Below are positions 12,241 through 23,520 of a stretch of DNA of 34,819 nucleotides, one piece after another. Position numbers and translations under genes: made by a program. The DNA lies in the NCBI RefSeq assembly GCF_004010195.1, contig NC_057711.1:78229348-78264166 (forward strand), read 5' to 3'. Within the stretch, counting starts at the first letter, position 1. Each line of letters starts with the position of its first letter. Origin of the DNA: Chiloscyllium plagiosum. Taxonomy: Eukaryota. A model generated the notes under the pieces. The model made no database searches, was not told the DNA's origin, and saw only the letters and a program-made list of their open reading frames with translations.

Positions 12241-12883
12241 CAAAAAGCTTTCTTTTTAAAATCATAGATTGTGGATACCTCTTGCTATGTCAACATTTAT
12301 TGCTCATCTCAAATTGTCCTGGAGAAAGTGGTGGTGATGTGCTGCCTTCATGAATTGCACATCCTTTTGGCTTAGGCCACAGTGCTCTAAGGAAGATAAT
12401 TCAAGATTTTGAGCCAATGTTAGTTTGCATATTAAAATAAGGTGAATAGAGGTGGTGAGGCAATGGCCCAAGGAAAAATTCGAGGGGTTTGGATCTTGCC
12501 AGTTAAGTCCAAAAGCAGAGCAAAGTAGGGAATGCACGAGTTGGAAAAATATTGCATTTTCAGGGAGCTAAGATATGACAAAATAGGGATAGAAAAAACA
12601 AGGCTGACTATTTTAAAATTGAGTTTTCAAAGACCAGAAACTATCTCTGGATGATAACATGTGAAAATAAAGCTGGCAACTGGTATCAGCAAAAATATAA
12701 CCATGAGATTTTTTTCCACAGCTTCCAAGATTGTGTTTTTACACTTGAGCCCTTCATAAAAGTTCTTGAAGTCTAAAGGAACATGCCTGAAAATTTTCAA
12801 AACTCACACAAAGAGTCAAATGTACTCCCAGTGGTACTATTTAAAATTGACCACTTGGGCAATATTCTGCTTTACAAAAACTC

Positions 12884-13236
12884 CAGTGTAGCACAGTGAT
12901 CAGTGATCAGCACAGTGCCAGGGACCCGGGCTTGATTCCACCTTTGGTTAACTCACTGTGGAGCTTGCACGTTCGCCTAGTCTTTGTGTGGGTCCTACCA
13001 GGTGTTGCAGTTTCTAACCTACAGTGCAAAGATATGCAGGTTGGGTGGCTTGACCATGCTAAATTGTCTATAGTATCCAAGGATGTGCAGGCTAGGTGAA
13101 TTAGCTATGGTAAATGTGGGGCTATGGGGATAGAGTAGAGTAGAGGGCTTTGTCTGGGTGGGATGGTCTTCACAGGGTTGGTGTAAACTCCATGGGCCAA
13201 GTGGCCTCTTTCCACACTGTAGGGATTCTATGATTG
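12884..13236 (+). mobile_element. HE1-type V-SINE
   Basis: tRNA-like head (gggacccgggcttgattcc), V-domain (ctgtggagcttgcacgtt...ccatgctaaattg) and HER1/CR1-derived tail ending gggattctatgatt. Confidence 0.85.
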
Positions 13237-13939
13237 CCAAGGAAGAAAATCCCTCATCTCAACAAGGTGCAGTTAAAATTAGTGTGCAAAACAGAATTTA
13301 AATGTTGAATAATCTATCTTTAAATGTGCTCAGTATTGAATATTGATTCCACAATGGAAATAACGTTTACTCCAAGTAGATTTAATCCAATGTAAAATCT
13401 CTTGGCAGCAACTAAATATATCTGATGGCAGATGTACAATTAACAAATGCACTAGTGCACTATCCCGAGGTAGCAAGCAGAAGGTGGCCCATTGTTACAT
13501 CATCAATTAAACAATAGCAGGAATCTCGGATATAGGTGCCTGACTGCTTCACCAATAACTTGAGGGCAGGATGACTGGGGGAGAAAGGAAGGAATGGAGT
13601 CAAAGGGCACTGACAAATTAAATGAATAATAATGAAGTTATTTATCATTTCCAATGAAAGGTGAATAGAATTGAAAGGTCACTTGTATACGCCTATCAGC
13701 TAACATCTTGAATAGAGCTAATGGTTGAAAAAGATGTAAAAAAAAATTATAACTTATTAAATAAAATAACAATGTGAAGTGTGCACCAAAATACATACTT
13801 GTCATGAATAAGAATTACTTATTCCATTTAGAAATGTTAATAGTTACAGTGATATGGACTTGAAGAAATTAAAATGGAAGAAAACAGTCACAGTCGTCAA
13901 AACACAATTGTTAGATCAAGCATGATCTAAATTGACAGG

Positions 13940-14500
13940 AGAAAATGATCACATTTAAAAGATTTCTTAGAATCTTTTCCTAAGGCATTACATGGAAAAC
14001 AATGATGAGAATGAGACACTGCCGAAGAATAGGATGTTGACACAAGTGATAATGATATGGTAGCAGATAATGATTGGATGTTACTAATGTTGGTGCCACA
14101 GGGCTCCATCCTACACTAACGTTGCACAGTGGAGGTAGATGACTACAAATGAGAATAATGCACCGAGGGGATGACTAAACAGCATTCATACCTCAGCCAG
14201 TATCAAATAAGTTTTAATTTCAACAATGTAAAGCAATGTACAAGTCAATTTTTATAAAGTCCTATGGGTGAAGCAAAACTTGGTAAAGGAGAAAAAAAGA
14301 CTAGAGGTATTGTTGGGTTCAATTACATCCAGAGCGTTATTTACAATCAAGAATTTTCAAAATTGAGGTATATTACCAAACAGTTCACATTTAAGCCCCC
14401 AGAAATCATGCTGAGCTCATACCAACAGACATTCAGATTGCTTACGAAGTGCATTTAAGAGGAGCTGGTGAAAATTGTGGGTCTAGTAATGTTATTGGAA
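13940..14500 (+). mobile_element. Degenerate CR1-type LINE RT fragment
   Basis: gtgccacagggctccatccta = VPQGSIL (RT motif) at about 14093-14113. Confidence 0.5.
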
Positions 14501-15251
14501 CATAGATTCAAAAACAGCTGTGTCAACTGATGCAATTTTATTCCGATGAATAAATCTTCAAGTAAAAGCCAATGACTACAAAACCATGGTCAGTTCCCTC
14601 ATTTGGCACACTATTGTCTTTCAGGAGGAAAATGTGCCATCTTTACCTGATATACCCTAAACATATCAAAGCAATTACAAAGTGAAAGGGAATTAAAACA
14701 CAGGGTCAATCTGGCATTGACCATACCCAATAGCATCAACCCAGCAAAGCTGCTCCTTTCAAACATCTATGGTTTGTACCAATACTGGGAGAGCTGTCAC
14801 CTGTTAAGCAACAACCTGACAGTCATGCTCAGCAAATCATACCAAACAGACAATGACATAAACACCACGATGATTATCTTAGGTTCGTACCATCCCATGG
14901 CCGAGTGAAACTCACCAGAGGCGGTGCCACAGTGGTATGCAATCAGACGTTGCCCAGAGTCCTCAGTGATTTCAGACTTCATGAAATCTCATGACATTAG
15001 GTCAAAGATGGGCAAGACCACCTTTGACAATAAATACTCCTTTTTACGGAACACCAATTTTAGAAAGCACCAAAAGATGGCAAGGGTACAGCTGGAATCT
15101 GGGTGGGAAACTCCAACTCCATCACCAGCAGCAGCTCATTAGCATAATTTCTGACCAAGTTGACAAAACCCTGAAGGATACTAGATTGGTGAGGATGAAG
15201 TAAATAAATTTGTACCATTTTGTTTCCCCCACCAAACTACTTAAAATAACA

Positions 15252-15606
15252 TGGGGCAGCATAGTGGTTTACACTGCTACCTCAGTGGCAGAGACCAGGC
15301 TCAATTCCAGCGTTGGGTGACTGTCTCTGTGGAGCTTGTGCAAAATCTGTCTGCGTGGCTTTCCTCCAGGTTTTTCAATTTCTTCCCACAATCCAAAGAT
15401 CATGTTAGGTGGATTGGCCATGCTAAATCTCCCATAGTGTCCAGGGATGCGTAATCTAGGTGCATTAGCCATTGGAAATGCTGGGTTACAGGGATATTGA
15501 GTGAGGGGTGTGTGTGTGTCTGTGTCTCTCTCTCTCTTTGGAGGGTTGGTGTGAACTTCATGGGTTGAATGGTCTGCTTCCACACTATGGGGATTTTACA
15601 ATTCTA
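15252..15606 (+). mobile_element. HE1-type V-SINE with internal (GT)/(CT) microsatellite
   Basis: Same head, V-domain and tail as 12884-13236. Confidence 0.85.
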
Positions 15607-15782
15607 CACCTGTCTTGACATGGTACCAACAGTGACCACCACACAGTCCTCGTGAAGATGAAGCCCCGATTTTAGACTGAGATAGTCTCAATAAATGTGG
15701 TGTAGCATTACCACACTAAATGGGATAGATTTCAAACAGACCAAGCTAATAAAAACTGGACATGAATGGTGGTAGACAACTA

Positions 15783-15851
15783 AGGCCACTGTTGAAATAT
15801 TGCGTGCAATTCTGGTCTCCTTCCTATCGGAAAGATGTTGTGAAACATGAA
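15783..15851 (+). repeat. 69-bp CR1 RT fragment, inverted copy of 16777-16845
   Basis: 67/69 identical by eye to the reverse complement of 16777-16845 (RPLLKYCVQFWSPSYRKDVVKHE). Confidence 0.85.
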
Positions 15852-16449
15852 GGACAAGGGGGCTCCACAAATACTCTCATCCTTCAACGACAGCGGAGCC
15901 CAGTGGGTCTGTGCAATAAACACGGTTGCAACCTTTGCATCCAGCTTAAGCCCCATGTCAAATGGACGATCCATCTCTGCCTCCTCCTGAGGTCCCCAGC
16001 ATCACAGATAAGAGTCCACAACAAAATGTGAGACCAGTAAATATAGTAGATTTGCTTCTCTGAAAATATTAAATCAAATGGTCATCTTCACCCATCATTA
16101 TTTTGAGATACCATGATCTGAAGTTACTATGATGTCAAAACAAATATTAAGCTAATTAAACATAGCGTGCTGCAAACTGCACCTGGAGCATAGTAAAATA
16201 ATATTCAAATTTTGCTCTTGCTTTGTGAAATCCAAAAGATTATCTATACTATAAATACATGCTACAGTGTAGAACATTTTAAGTGTATTACCTTTGCTCC
16301 TGTGTACAATAATGTACCAATGACTTAGAATCAGAGTCATAGAGATGTACAGCATGGAAACAGACACTTCAGACCAACCTGTCCAACCAGATATCTCAAT
16401 CCAATCTAGTCCCACCTGCCAGCATCCGGCCCCTATCCCTCCAAATCCT

Positions 16450-18340
16450 TCCTATTCATATACCCATCCAAATGCCTCTTCAATGTTGGAATTGTACCAG
16501 CCTGTGTGTGAAAACGTTGCCCTTTAGGTCTCTTTTATATCTTTCCCCTCACCCTAAACCTATGCCCTCTAGTTCTGGACCCCCCCCCCCCCCCACCACC
16601 CCAAGGAAAAGACTTTGTCTATTTACGCTATCCATGCTACTCAATTTTGTAAACTTCTATAAGGTCACCCTCAGCCTCCGACGCTCCAGGGATAACAGCC
16701 CCAGCCTGTTCAGCCTCTCCCTATAGCTCAAATCCTCCAACCCTGGCAACATCCTTGTAAATCTTTTAGGAACCCTTTCATGTTTCACAACATCTTTCCA
16801 ATAGGAAGGAGACCAGAATTGCACGCAATATTCCAACAGTGGCCTAACCAATGTCCTGTACAGCCGCAACATGATCTCCCAACTCCTGTACTCAATACAG
16901 TGACCAATAAATGAAAGCATACCAAATGCCGCCTTCACTATCCTATCTACCTGTGACTCCACTTTCAAGGAGCTATGAACCTGCACTCCAAGGTCTCTTT
17001 GTTCAGCCACACTCCCTAGGACCTTACCATTAAGTGTATAAGTCCTGCTAAGATTTTATTTCCCAAAATGCAGCACCTCACATTTATCTGAATTAAACTC
17101 CATCCGTCACTTCTCTACCCATTGGACCATCTGGTCAAGATCCTGTTGGAAACTGAGGTAACCCTCTTCACTGTCCACTACACCTCCAATTTTGGTGTCA
17201 TTTGCAAACTTACTAACTGTACCTCTTATGCTCACATCCAAATCATTTATGTAAATGACAAAAAGTAGAGGACCCAGCACTGATCCTTGTGGCACTCCAC
17301 TGGTCACAGGCCTCCAATCTGAAAAACAACCCTCCACCACTACCCTCTGTCTTCTACCGTTGAGCCAGTTCTGTGTCCAAATGGCTAGTTCTCCCGATAT
17401 TCCGAGAGATGTAACCTTGCTAATCAGTCTCCCATGGGGAACCTTGTCAAACACCTTAGTGAAGTCCATATAGATCACATCTACTGCTCTGCCCTCATCA
17501 ATCCTCTTTGTTACTTCCTCAAAAATTTCAATCAAGTTTGAGAGACATGATTTCCCATGCACAAAGCCATGTTGACTATCCCTAATCAGTCCTTAGCTTT
17601 CCAAATACATGTACATCGTGTCCCTCAGGATTCCCTCCAACAACTTGCCCACCACCAACAAGAGGCTCACTAGTCTATAGTTGCCTGGCTTGTCCTTACC
17701 CACCCTTCTTAAACAGTGGCACGTTAGCCAACCTCCAGTCTTCCAGCACCTTACCTGTGACTATCGATGATACAAATATCTCAGCAAAAGGCCCAGCAAT
17801 CACTTCTCTAGCTTCCCACAGAGTTCTAGGGTACACCAGATCCGGTCCTGGGGATTTATCCACCTTTAACCGTTTCAAGACATCCAGCACTTCCTCCTCT
17901 GTAATCTGGACATTTTGCAAGGTGTCGCCATCTATTTCCCTACAGTCTATATCTTCCATGTCCTTTTCCACAGTAAACACTGATGCAAAATATTCATTTA
18001 GTATATCCCCCATTTTCTGCAGCTCCACACAAGGGCCACCTTGCTGATCTTTGAGGGGCCCTATTCTCTCCTAGTTACCCTTTAGTCATTAATGTATTAG
18101 TAAAAGACCTCTGGATTCTCCTTAATTCTATTTGCCAACGCTATCTCATGTCCCCTTTTTGCCCTCCTAATTTCCCTCTTAAGTATACTCCTACTGCCTT
18201 TATACTCTAAGGATTCACTCGATCTATCCTTCCTGTAGCAGTTGTATCCTGGAACATTAAGCTGCCAGTCCTGCCCATCCCTGAGCCATGTTCTGTAATT
18301 GCTATGATATCCCAGTCCCATGTTCCTAACCATGCCTGGA
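16450..18340 (-). pseudogene. CR1 ORF2 (endonuclease-reverse transcriptase), disrupted
   Basis: KSPGPD, GKSCLSNLIEIFE, YMDFTKVFDKVPH, SGVPQGSVLGPLLFVIYINDL, KFAND (catalytic FADD mutated), RPLLEYCVQFWSP. Has frameshifts and a large internal deletion near 18230. Confidence 0.9.
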
Positions 18341-18511
18341 GTTCATCTGCCTTCTCTGTTCGGCACTGAAATAAATGCAGTTTAATTTATTAGTCCTACC
18401 TTGTCTCTGCCTGCCCTGTTTGACTCACTTCTGTTCTCAACTGTATCAGCCTCAGATTGATCTCCTCCTTCACTATCTCCCTGGGTTCCACCCCCACCCC
18501 CCCACACCTTA

Positions 18512-19410
18512 CTAGTTTAAATCCTCCTGAGCAGCTCTCGCAAATTTCTCTGCCAGTATATTAGACCTCTTCCAATCCGTCCTTCTTGTACAGGTCACTT
18601 CTACCCCAAAAGAGATTCCAATGATCCAAAAATGTGAATCCTTCTCCCGTACACCAGCTCTCAGCCATGCATTCATCTGCTCTATCCTCCTATTCCTGCC
18701 CTCACTAGCTCGTAGCACCGGGAGTAATCCAGATATTACTACTCTCGAGGACCTCCTTTTTAAATTCCTGCCTAACTCTCTGTAATCTCCTTTCAGATTC
18801 TCAACCTTTTCCCTTCATCTGTCGTTGGTTCCAATGTGGACAATGGCCTCTTGCCGGCCCCTCTTCCCAGTGAGAAGATTCTGCATCCTCTCTGAGACAT
18901 CCTTAATTCTGGCACCAGAGAAGCAACACATCATTCTGCTTTTTCGCTGCTGGCCACAGAAACGTCTGTCTGTACCTCGGACTAGAGAATCCCCTAACAC
19001 AATTGAATTCTTGCAACCCGACATACCCCTCATTGCATTAGAGCCAGTCTCAGTACTAGAAACTTGGCTGTTCGTGCTACGTTCCCCTGAGAATCCATTA
19101 CCCCTACATTTTTGAAAACTGCATATTGTTTGAAATGGGTATATCCACAAAGGCCTCCTGCACTAGCTGCCTACCTCTCTTACCTTTCCTGGAGTTAACC
19201 CATCTATGTGACTGTATCTGAGTCTTTCCCCCTACCTATAACTGCCATCCATAATATCACATACTGTTGTTGTTGCAAATTCCTCATTGTTACTAACTGT
19301 CTCTCCAACTGATCATTTCGATCTGATAAGATTCTCAACCAACAGCATTTATGGCAAATTCTCTTTAACCTCCCACATCTGACAAGAAGTGCATATCACA
19401 CTACTAAAGG
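18512..19410 (-). pseudogene. CR1 ORF1 with zinc-finger/leucine-zipper and SGNH/GDSL esterase domain, disrupted
   Basis: VICTSCQMWE...ICHKC N-terminus; IVLGDSLVRG (block I), SGARIKDV (block II), IVHIGTND (block III). The block V DxxH histidine appears deleted. Confidence 0.85.
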
Positions 19411-20678
19411 CCATGTTTGCTTCTTTACAATTTACAGACCCAGAAAATAACAGTCTTATTCCTCTACAAACACTGCCCCAGGTTAAATTAATAGTTATGA
19501 CTTATATTTTAAGTTTAATCAAGAGACGTATCTCCAAATACATAATCAAGAAAGAACCCACACTACTCAGCACTGCAGACTTTCTGTAGGTCACACTTAA
19601 AACAACACATTTATCTGCTTCTGTGCTGTGAACTTCACCTAACGGTTCCTCCAAGATCAGTTGTAAATTTCGCTGTTTGTTAATTTTCCCAGATGCACTC
19701 TAATGTCCAGCGATACATGAATTCAAACAGCAAAGGCAGTGTCAGTTTCTTTCTCTCTCTCTCTCCTGAACTGACCTCACCATGTGCTTCCTTTGTCTGT
19801 TCTTCTCCCTTTTAAAACTGCTATTGTTTTGACTTTTTTTTCCCCAAAAGTTTCAAAACAATGCAACAGCATATGAAACATTAACTGCTGCCCCTGGAAT
19901 TCAAGGAAACCACCTCCAGCACCTAAAATACCTAAAAAAAAAAGGAGCAGCTGCAATAGCCAGAAATTTTTCACGTCCTCCATCTTGGATTACCCAGAAT
20001 CCTTTTTTAAAATGAAAAAAACTTAAGATCTCTATTTAGTCGTTGGTTTGGAATGTTAATAATTATATTTAAATATGCTCATCTGCAATAAGATCAAAGA
20101 GAGTAAAAAAACTGCAAAAACAGTCTCATTTCACACTGGAAAATATTCAGAGCATAGCAAATCAGTAACTTCTTTCCTTTGGAACATTTTAGACTGAGCT
20201 TAGTCATGGAGAGAAAAAAAGTGAACATTTGATTTCAATAGGACTTGTCTTTGCAATGAAAGCTCTTGGATTTAAGCATTAACTGTGTTTCTCTCTCAAC
20301 ATATGCTGTCAGATCAGCTGAGTTACTTCAACACTTTATTTCAGATTTCTTGCACCTGTAGTACCTTATTTTAACCTATTTGCATTTTTGAAAACTACCC
20401 CTCACTAATTAGGCTTTCAATCTGTATCAGAACTTATTGTATTCATTCTCTAGAGTATAGGTGTTGATGGGAAGATGAATAGTTATTATTACCTAGTACA
20501 ATCAGTAGACGGCCCAACCATTTAGCCCAACTGGGTCAGGGCGTTTATGTTTAACAAGCATCTTCTCAAAGCATCTCAGCTTATCAACATATCACAATGT
20601 TAACTCCTGTACCCTTACTTCTCCTCCAGATGGAAGTGTTCAGGCATTTGGAAGGCACTGTTCTAAGGAACCTAGGTA

Positions 20679-21339
20679 CAGAGGAACCTCGACTATCTGA
20701 ATACTAATTATCCGAAAATCGGATTATCCAAAGGAGATCTTGAGGTCCCAATACAAACATTACAAAGACTTGTTTCCAACACTGATCGCGTCTTTTGATT
20801 ACAGTGATTAAACAGGCACCGTCTCCAAATGACTGACCTCCCGTCCTCTCTCTCTCCCCACACGCTTTCCCTGGAGTTCTATAGAGGGGTGTATCTTAAA
20901 TCCCCCTTCCCCAGATAATCTGACTAATATTGTCCTGTAAAGGACAAAGGTGGAACCTATCAAAAAGTTGCAGTGAAAACTTGTGCGCATGTGCGTGGTG
21001 GTGTGTGCGTGTGCTATTTGGAGACTTACCCCACAAAGGCAACTGCAGCAGCAGTCTTATTGATGGTCTCCAGTCTGGCTGCCCGGAGAGGGGGCGGGGT
21101 TGTGGGGACGGGCGTCGGGCGGGGTTGTGGGGACAGGGCGGTGTCAGACGGGGTTGTGGGGTCAGGCGGGGGGGCGGTGTCACGCGGTGTGGTGCTGCTG
21201 CTGCTGCTAGTTTCCTGAACAGGGAGCAGACTTTAAACCGAGCCCCAGAGGAACAATATTTAATTGATTAACTGAATAATCAATTTTCTGAATGAAATAG
21301 TGCCCACCCATCTCGTTCGGATAATCGAGGCTGCCCATA
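20679..21339. mobile_element. Tigger/pogo-like (Tc1/mariner) non-autonomous DNA transposon (MITE)
   Basis: TA|cagaggaacctcgactatctgaa at left and ttcggataatcgaggctgcccata|TA at right: imperfect TIRs of about 23 bp, TA duplication, and host LINE sequence resuming after it. Confidence 0.75.
21088..21192 (+). repeat. G-rich imperfect tandem repeat inside the MITE
   Basis: Three copies of cggggttgtgggg separated by ggcgg/gtca spacers. Confidence 0.75.
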
Positions 21340-21809
21340 TATTTCTGCACTGCATCAGTGAATGTCAGTGATGGAGCTCACAGTGGTAGCTGAGCAGCAA
21401 TCAAGTGAGCTTCTTTGTTCCATATGTCAATGAGTGGAATGTTTTTGGATCTACAACCAGTTAAAAGGAGTGCATTCCATCGAAGTCCTGACTTGTGCAT
21501 TGTAGGTAATGAACTGGCTAAGGGAATTAGGAGGACAATTACTCCCTGCAGGATTCTTCGCATCTGACAGGGAGGGAACTGAGCTGTCGAAGATTGGTAT
21601 CTGTGATGCTGGGGACCTCAGAAGGAGGTCCAATTGGATTGTACATACAGCAGTTCTGGCTGAAGATGCTTCGAATTGCCTCAGCCTTGTTGTTTTGCAT
21701 CCATCAGGAATTCCTTACTTAAGTACATACTTAATTTGTTTATTGATGCTGTTTACGTTCTACCAGGTCCTGACCTCATTTTTAACCACGTTTGGATCAA
21801 GTTTGCAGA

Positions 21810-22299
21810 GCTGAACTCAATGAAAAATGAAAGCAACTACGTGACATCAAGTCAGCATTTGACTAAGTATGGTGTCAAGGTGCACTAACAAAATTAGTGT
21901 GAAATGAGAAAACGTATTGCTGGCTTGAGCAATTCCTAACATAAAGGAAAATCATTGAGCTGTTTGAAGGTAAATCATTGTCAGCCACAGGATCTTCCAA
22001 ACCCACAAACACTTCCACATTGAAGGTCAAAGGCAGCAGATATGTGGGATTGTTTTCACCTGCACGTACCCTTCCAACATACTCACCATTCTGATTTGGA
22101 AACATATTGCCATTCCTTCACTGTCATGGTGTCAAAATCCTTGAATTTCCTCCCGAATAGGATTATGGGGTCAATGTACAGCATGTGGACTGCAGCAGTT
22201 TAAGGAGGCAGTTCACTATCTTCCCAAGAGCAACTGGGAGTCATGGGCATCGCTGGACAGCCAGCGATGCTCACGAATCCCATGAATGAATTTAAAAAA
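21810..22299 (+). mobile_element. L2/Crack-group LINE 3' end with terminal stem-loop and ATGAATGAAT tail
   Basis: Ends ccagcgatgctcacgaatcccatgaatgaatttaaaaaa; the tail is shared with about 30000-30050 and 33243-33320. Confidence 0.65.
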
Positions 22300-22480
22300 G
22301 GCATGGCTGCAGGAATATCTCGTGGTAGCATCTCAGCCATCTGCAGCTGCTGCTTCAATGACCTTCCATCGTCAGACTAAAAATGGGGGATGCCTGACAC
22401 TGTACAATTTCAACACTATTCACAACTGTGCAGATACTGAAGCAGTCTATGCCCAAATGCAGCAAGTCCTGGACATTTTA
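22300..22480 (+). mobile_element. L2/Crack-group LINE RT fragment
   Basis: SCCFNDLPS...DTEAVYAQMQQVLDI resembles the region around the RT catalytic motif. Confidence 0.5.
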
Positions 22481-23295
22481 TTCAGGAACCATTAATGTTC
22501 AAATGTAAAATATTCAAGTGCCATATATTAAACAGAATGAAATGCACCCTGGGATGTAATGTTGAAGATGCTACATAAGTGTAAAGTTTCAACATAAAAA
22601 ATCAAAACAGACCACTGAGTATCATTTGAACCCAAACAGATCCATGCTCACCAGTTAATAACAACGCTCTGTTTTTAATTGATCCTCATTCTTCACGTCT
22701 TCTTACATATAATTTTAAAACCATGTGTATTACGCAAGATATTTTTATGCAAGTAAAACCAATATAAACAAAACAGTAGTGTACTACAGTTCTTTTCAGA
22801 AATTAAAATATAAATGATAAGAGATTGCACATTAATTACCTTACAAATTGTATTAAAAGTAGAAAATCATTCAAGAAATTACTTATTGTTAGGGTTGCAT
22901 AACACCCATATCAATTAACAAGAAACCAGATCGCTCAATGTAACTATAGTTCAAGAAATGTAAATATTTTTCACTAATGTCAACAGCAACAAGTAGCATA
23001 CATTATTTCTGCTACTGATCCTAACTATTGAAACCACACAAAGTGAGTCAGCAGCATTTCTCCAGCATGCTGCTTTTGGCATTTACTACCCAAGACTAAA
23101 ATGTTATTTCACACCCAAAGTGCTAACCATCAAAATTAATTTCCTGTATTTTTCACTCAGTTCTGTCAAATACTCATTCAACTTCACAGATTTATGGCTC
23201 TGCTGCACACTGGATAAAGTCACTAAGCTACCCAGATGCTCTGTTTACAGGCTGATGATTAAAAAAGTGAATGTAAGCAAATGAACGTAGTAGCT

Positions 23296-23520
23296 TACAG
23301 TCAGAGTCATAGAGGTATACAGCATGGAAACAGACCCTTCAGTTCAACGCATCCATGTCGACCAGATATCCTAAATAAATCCAGTCCCATTTGCCAGCAT
23401 TTGGACATATCCATCTAAATCTTTCCTATTCATACACCTGTCCATGTGCCTTTTAAATGTTGCCATTGTACCAGCCTTAACCACTTCCTCTGGCAGTTCA
23501 TTGCATGCACGCATGCTTTG
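23296..23520 (-). mobile_element. 5'-truncated HER1/CR1 3' end
   Basis: Close homologue of 16325-16500 (cagagtcatagag...tacagcatggaaacagac). Confidence 0.85.

Larger units (their letters stand above)
14700..16012 (+). mobile_element. L2/Crack-group LINE ORF2 fragment (APE endonuclease and linker), interrupted by an HE1 SINE and a CR1 patch
   Basis: Remnants LLLSNIYGL, VMLSKSYQTDN, TRGGATVVC, SDHHTVLV (APE SDH motif, about 15630-15655) and PPPEVPSITD (about 15980-16010). Confidence 0.6.
16325..20002 (-). mobile_element. Near-full-length HER1/CR1 LINE (5' region, ORF1, ORF2, 3' tail), inactivated
   Basis: 3' tail at about 16325-16345, RT fragments 16657-18028, truncated endonuclease about 18230-18340, and ORF1 18512-19410. 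The 5' boundary (19640-20002) is uncertain. Confidence 0.9.
20440..21710 (-). mobile_element. L2/Crack-group LINE fragments hosting the MITE
   Basis: Homologous to 33435-33800 on both sides of the MITE. 21598-21630 is the reverse complement of the EVPSITD segment at 15980-16010. Confidence 0.55.

Noticed and set aside
12884..12945. tRNA-like A/B boxes here and at 12058, 15252, 29350 and 29700
   Set aside because: These are SINE heads without a full cloverleaf, not tRNA genes.
20896..21271. Overlapping 81-113 aa ORFs
   Set aside because: They arise from the G-rich repeat inside the MITE and show no transposase motifs.
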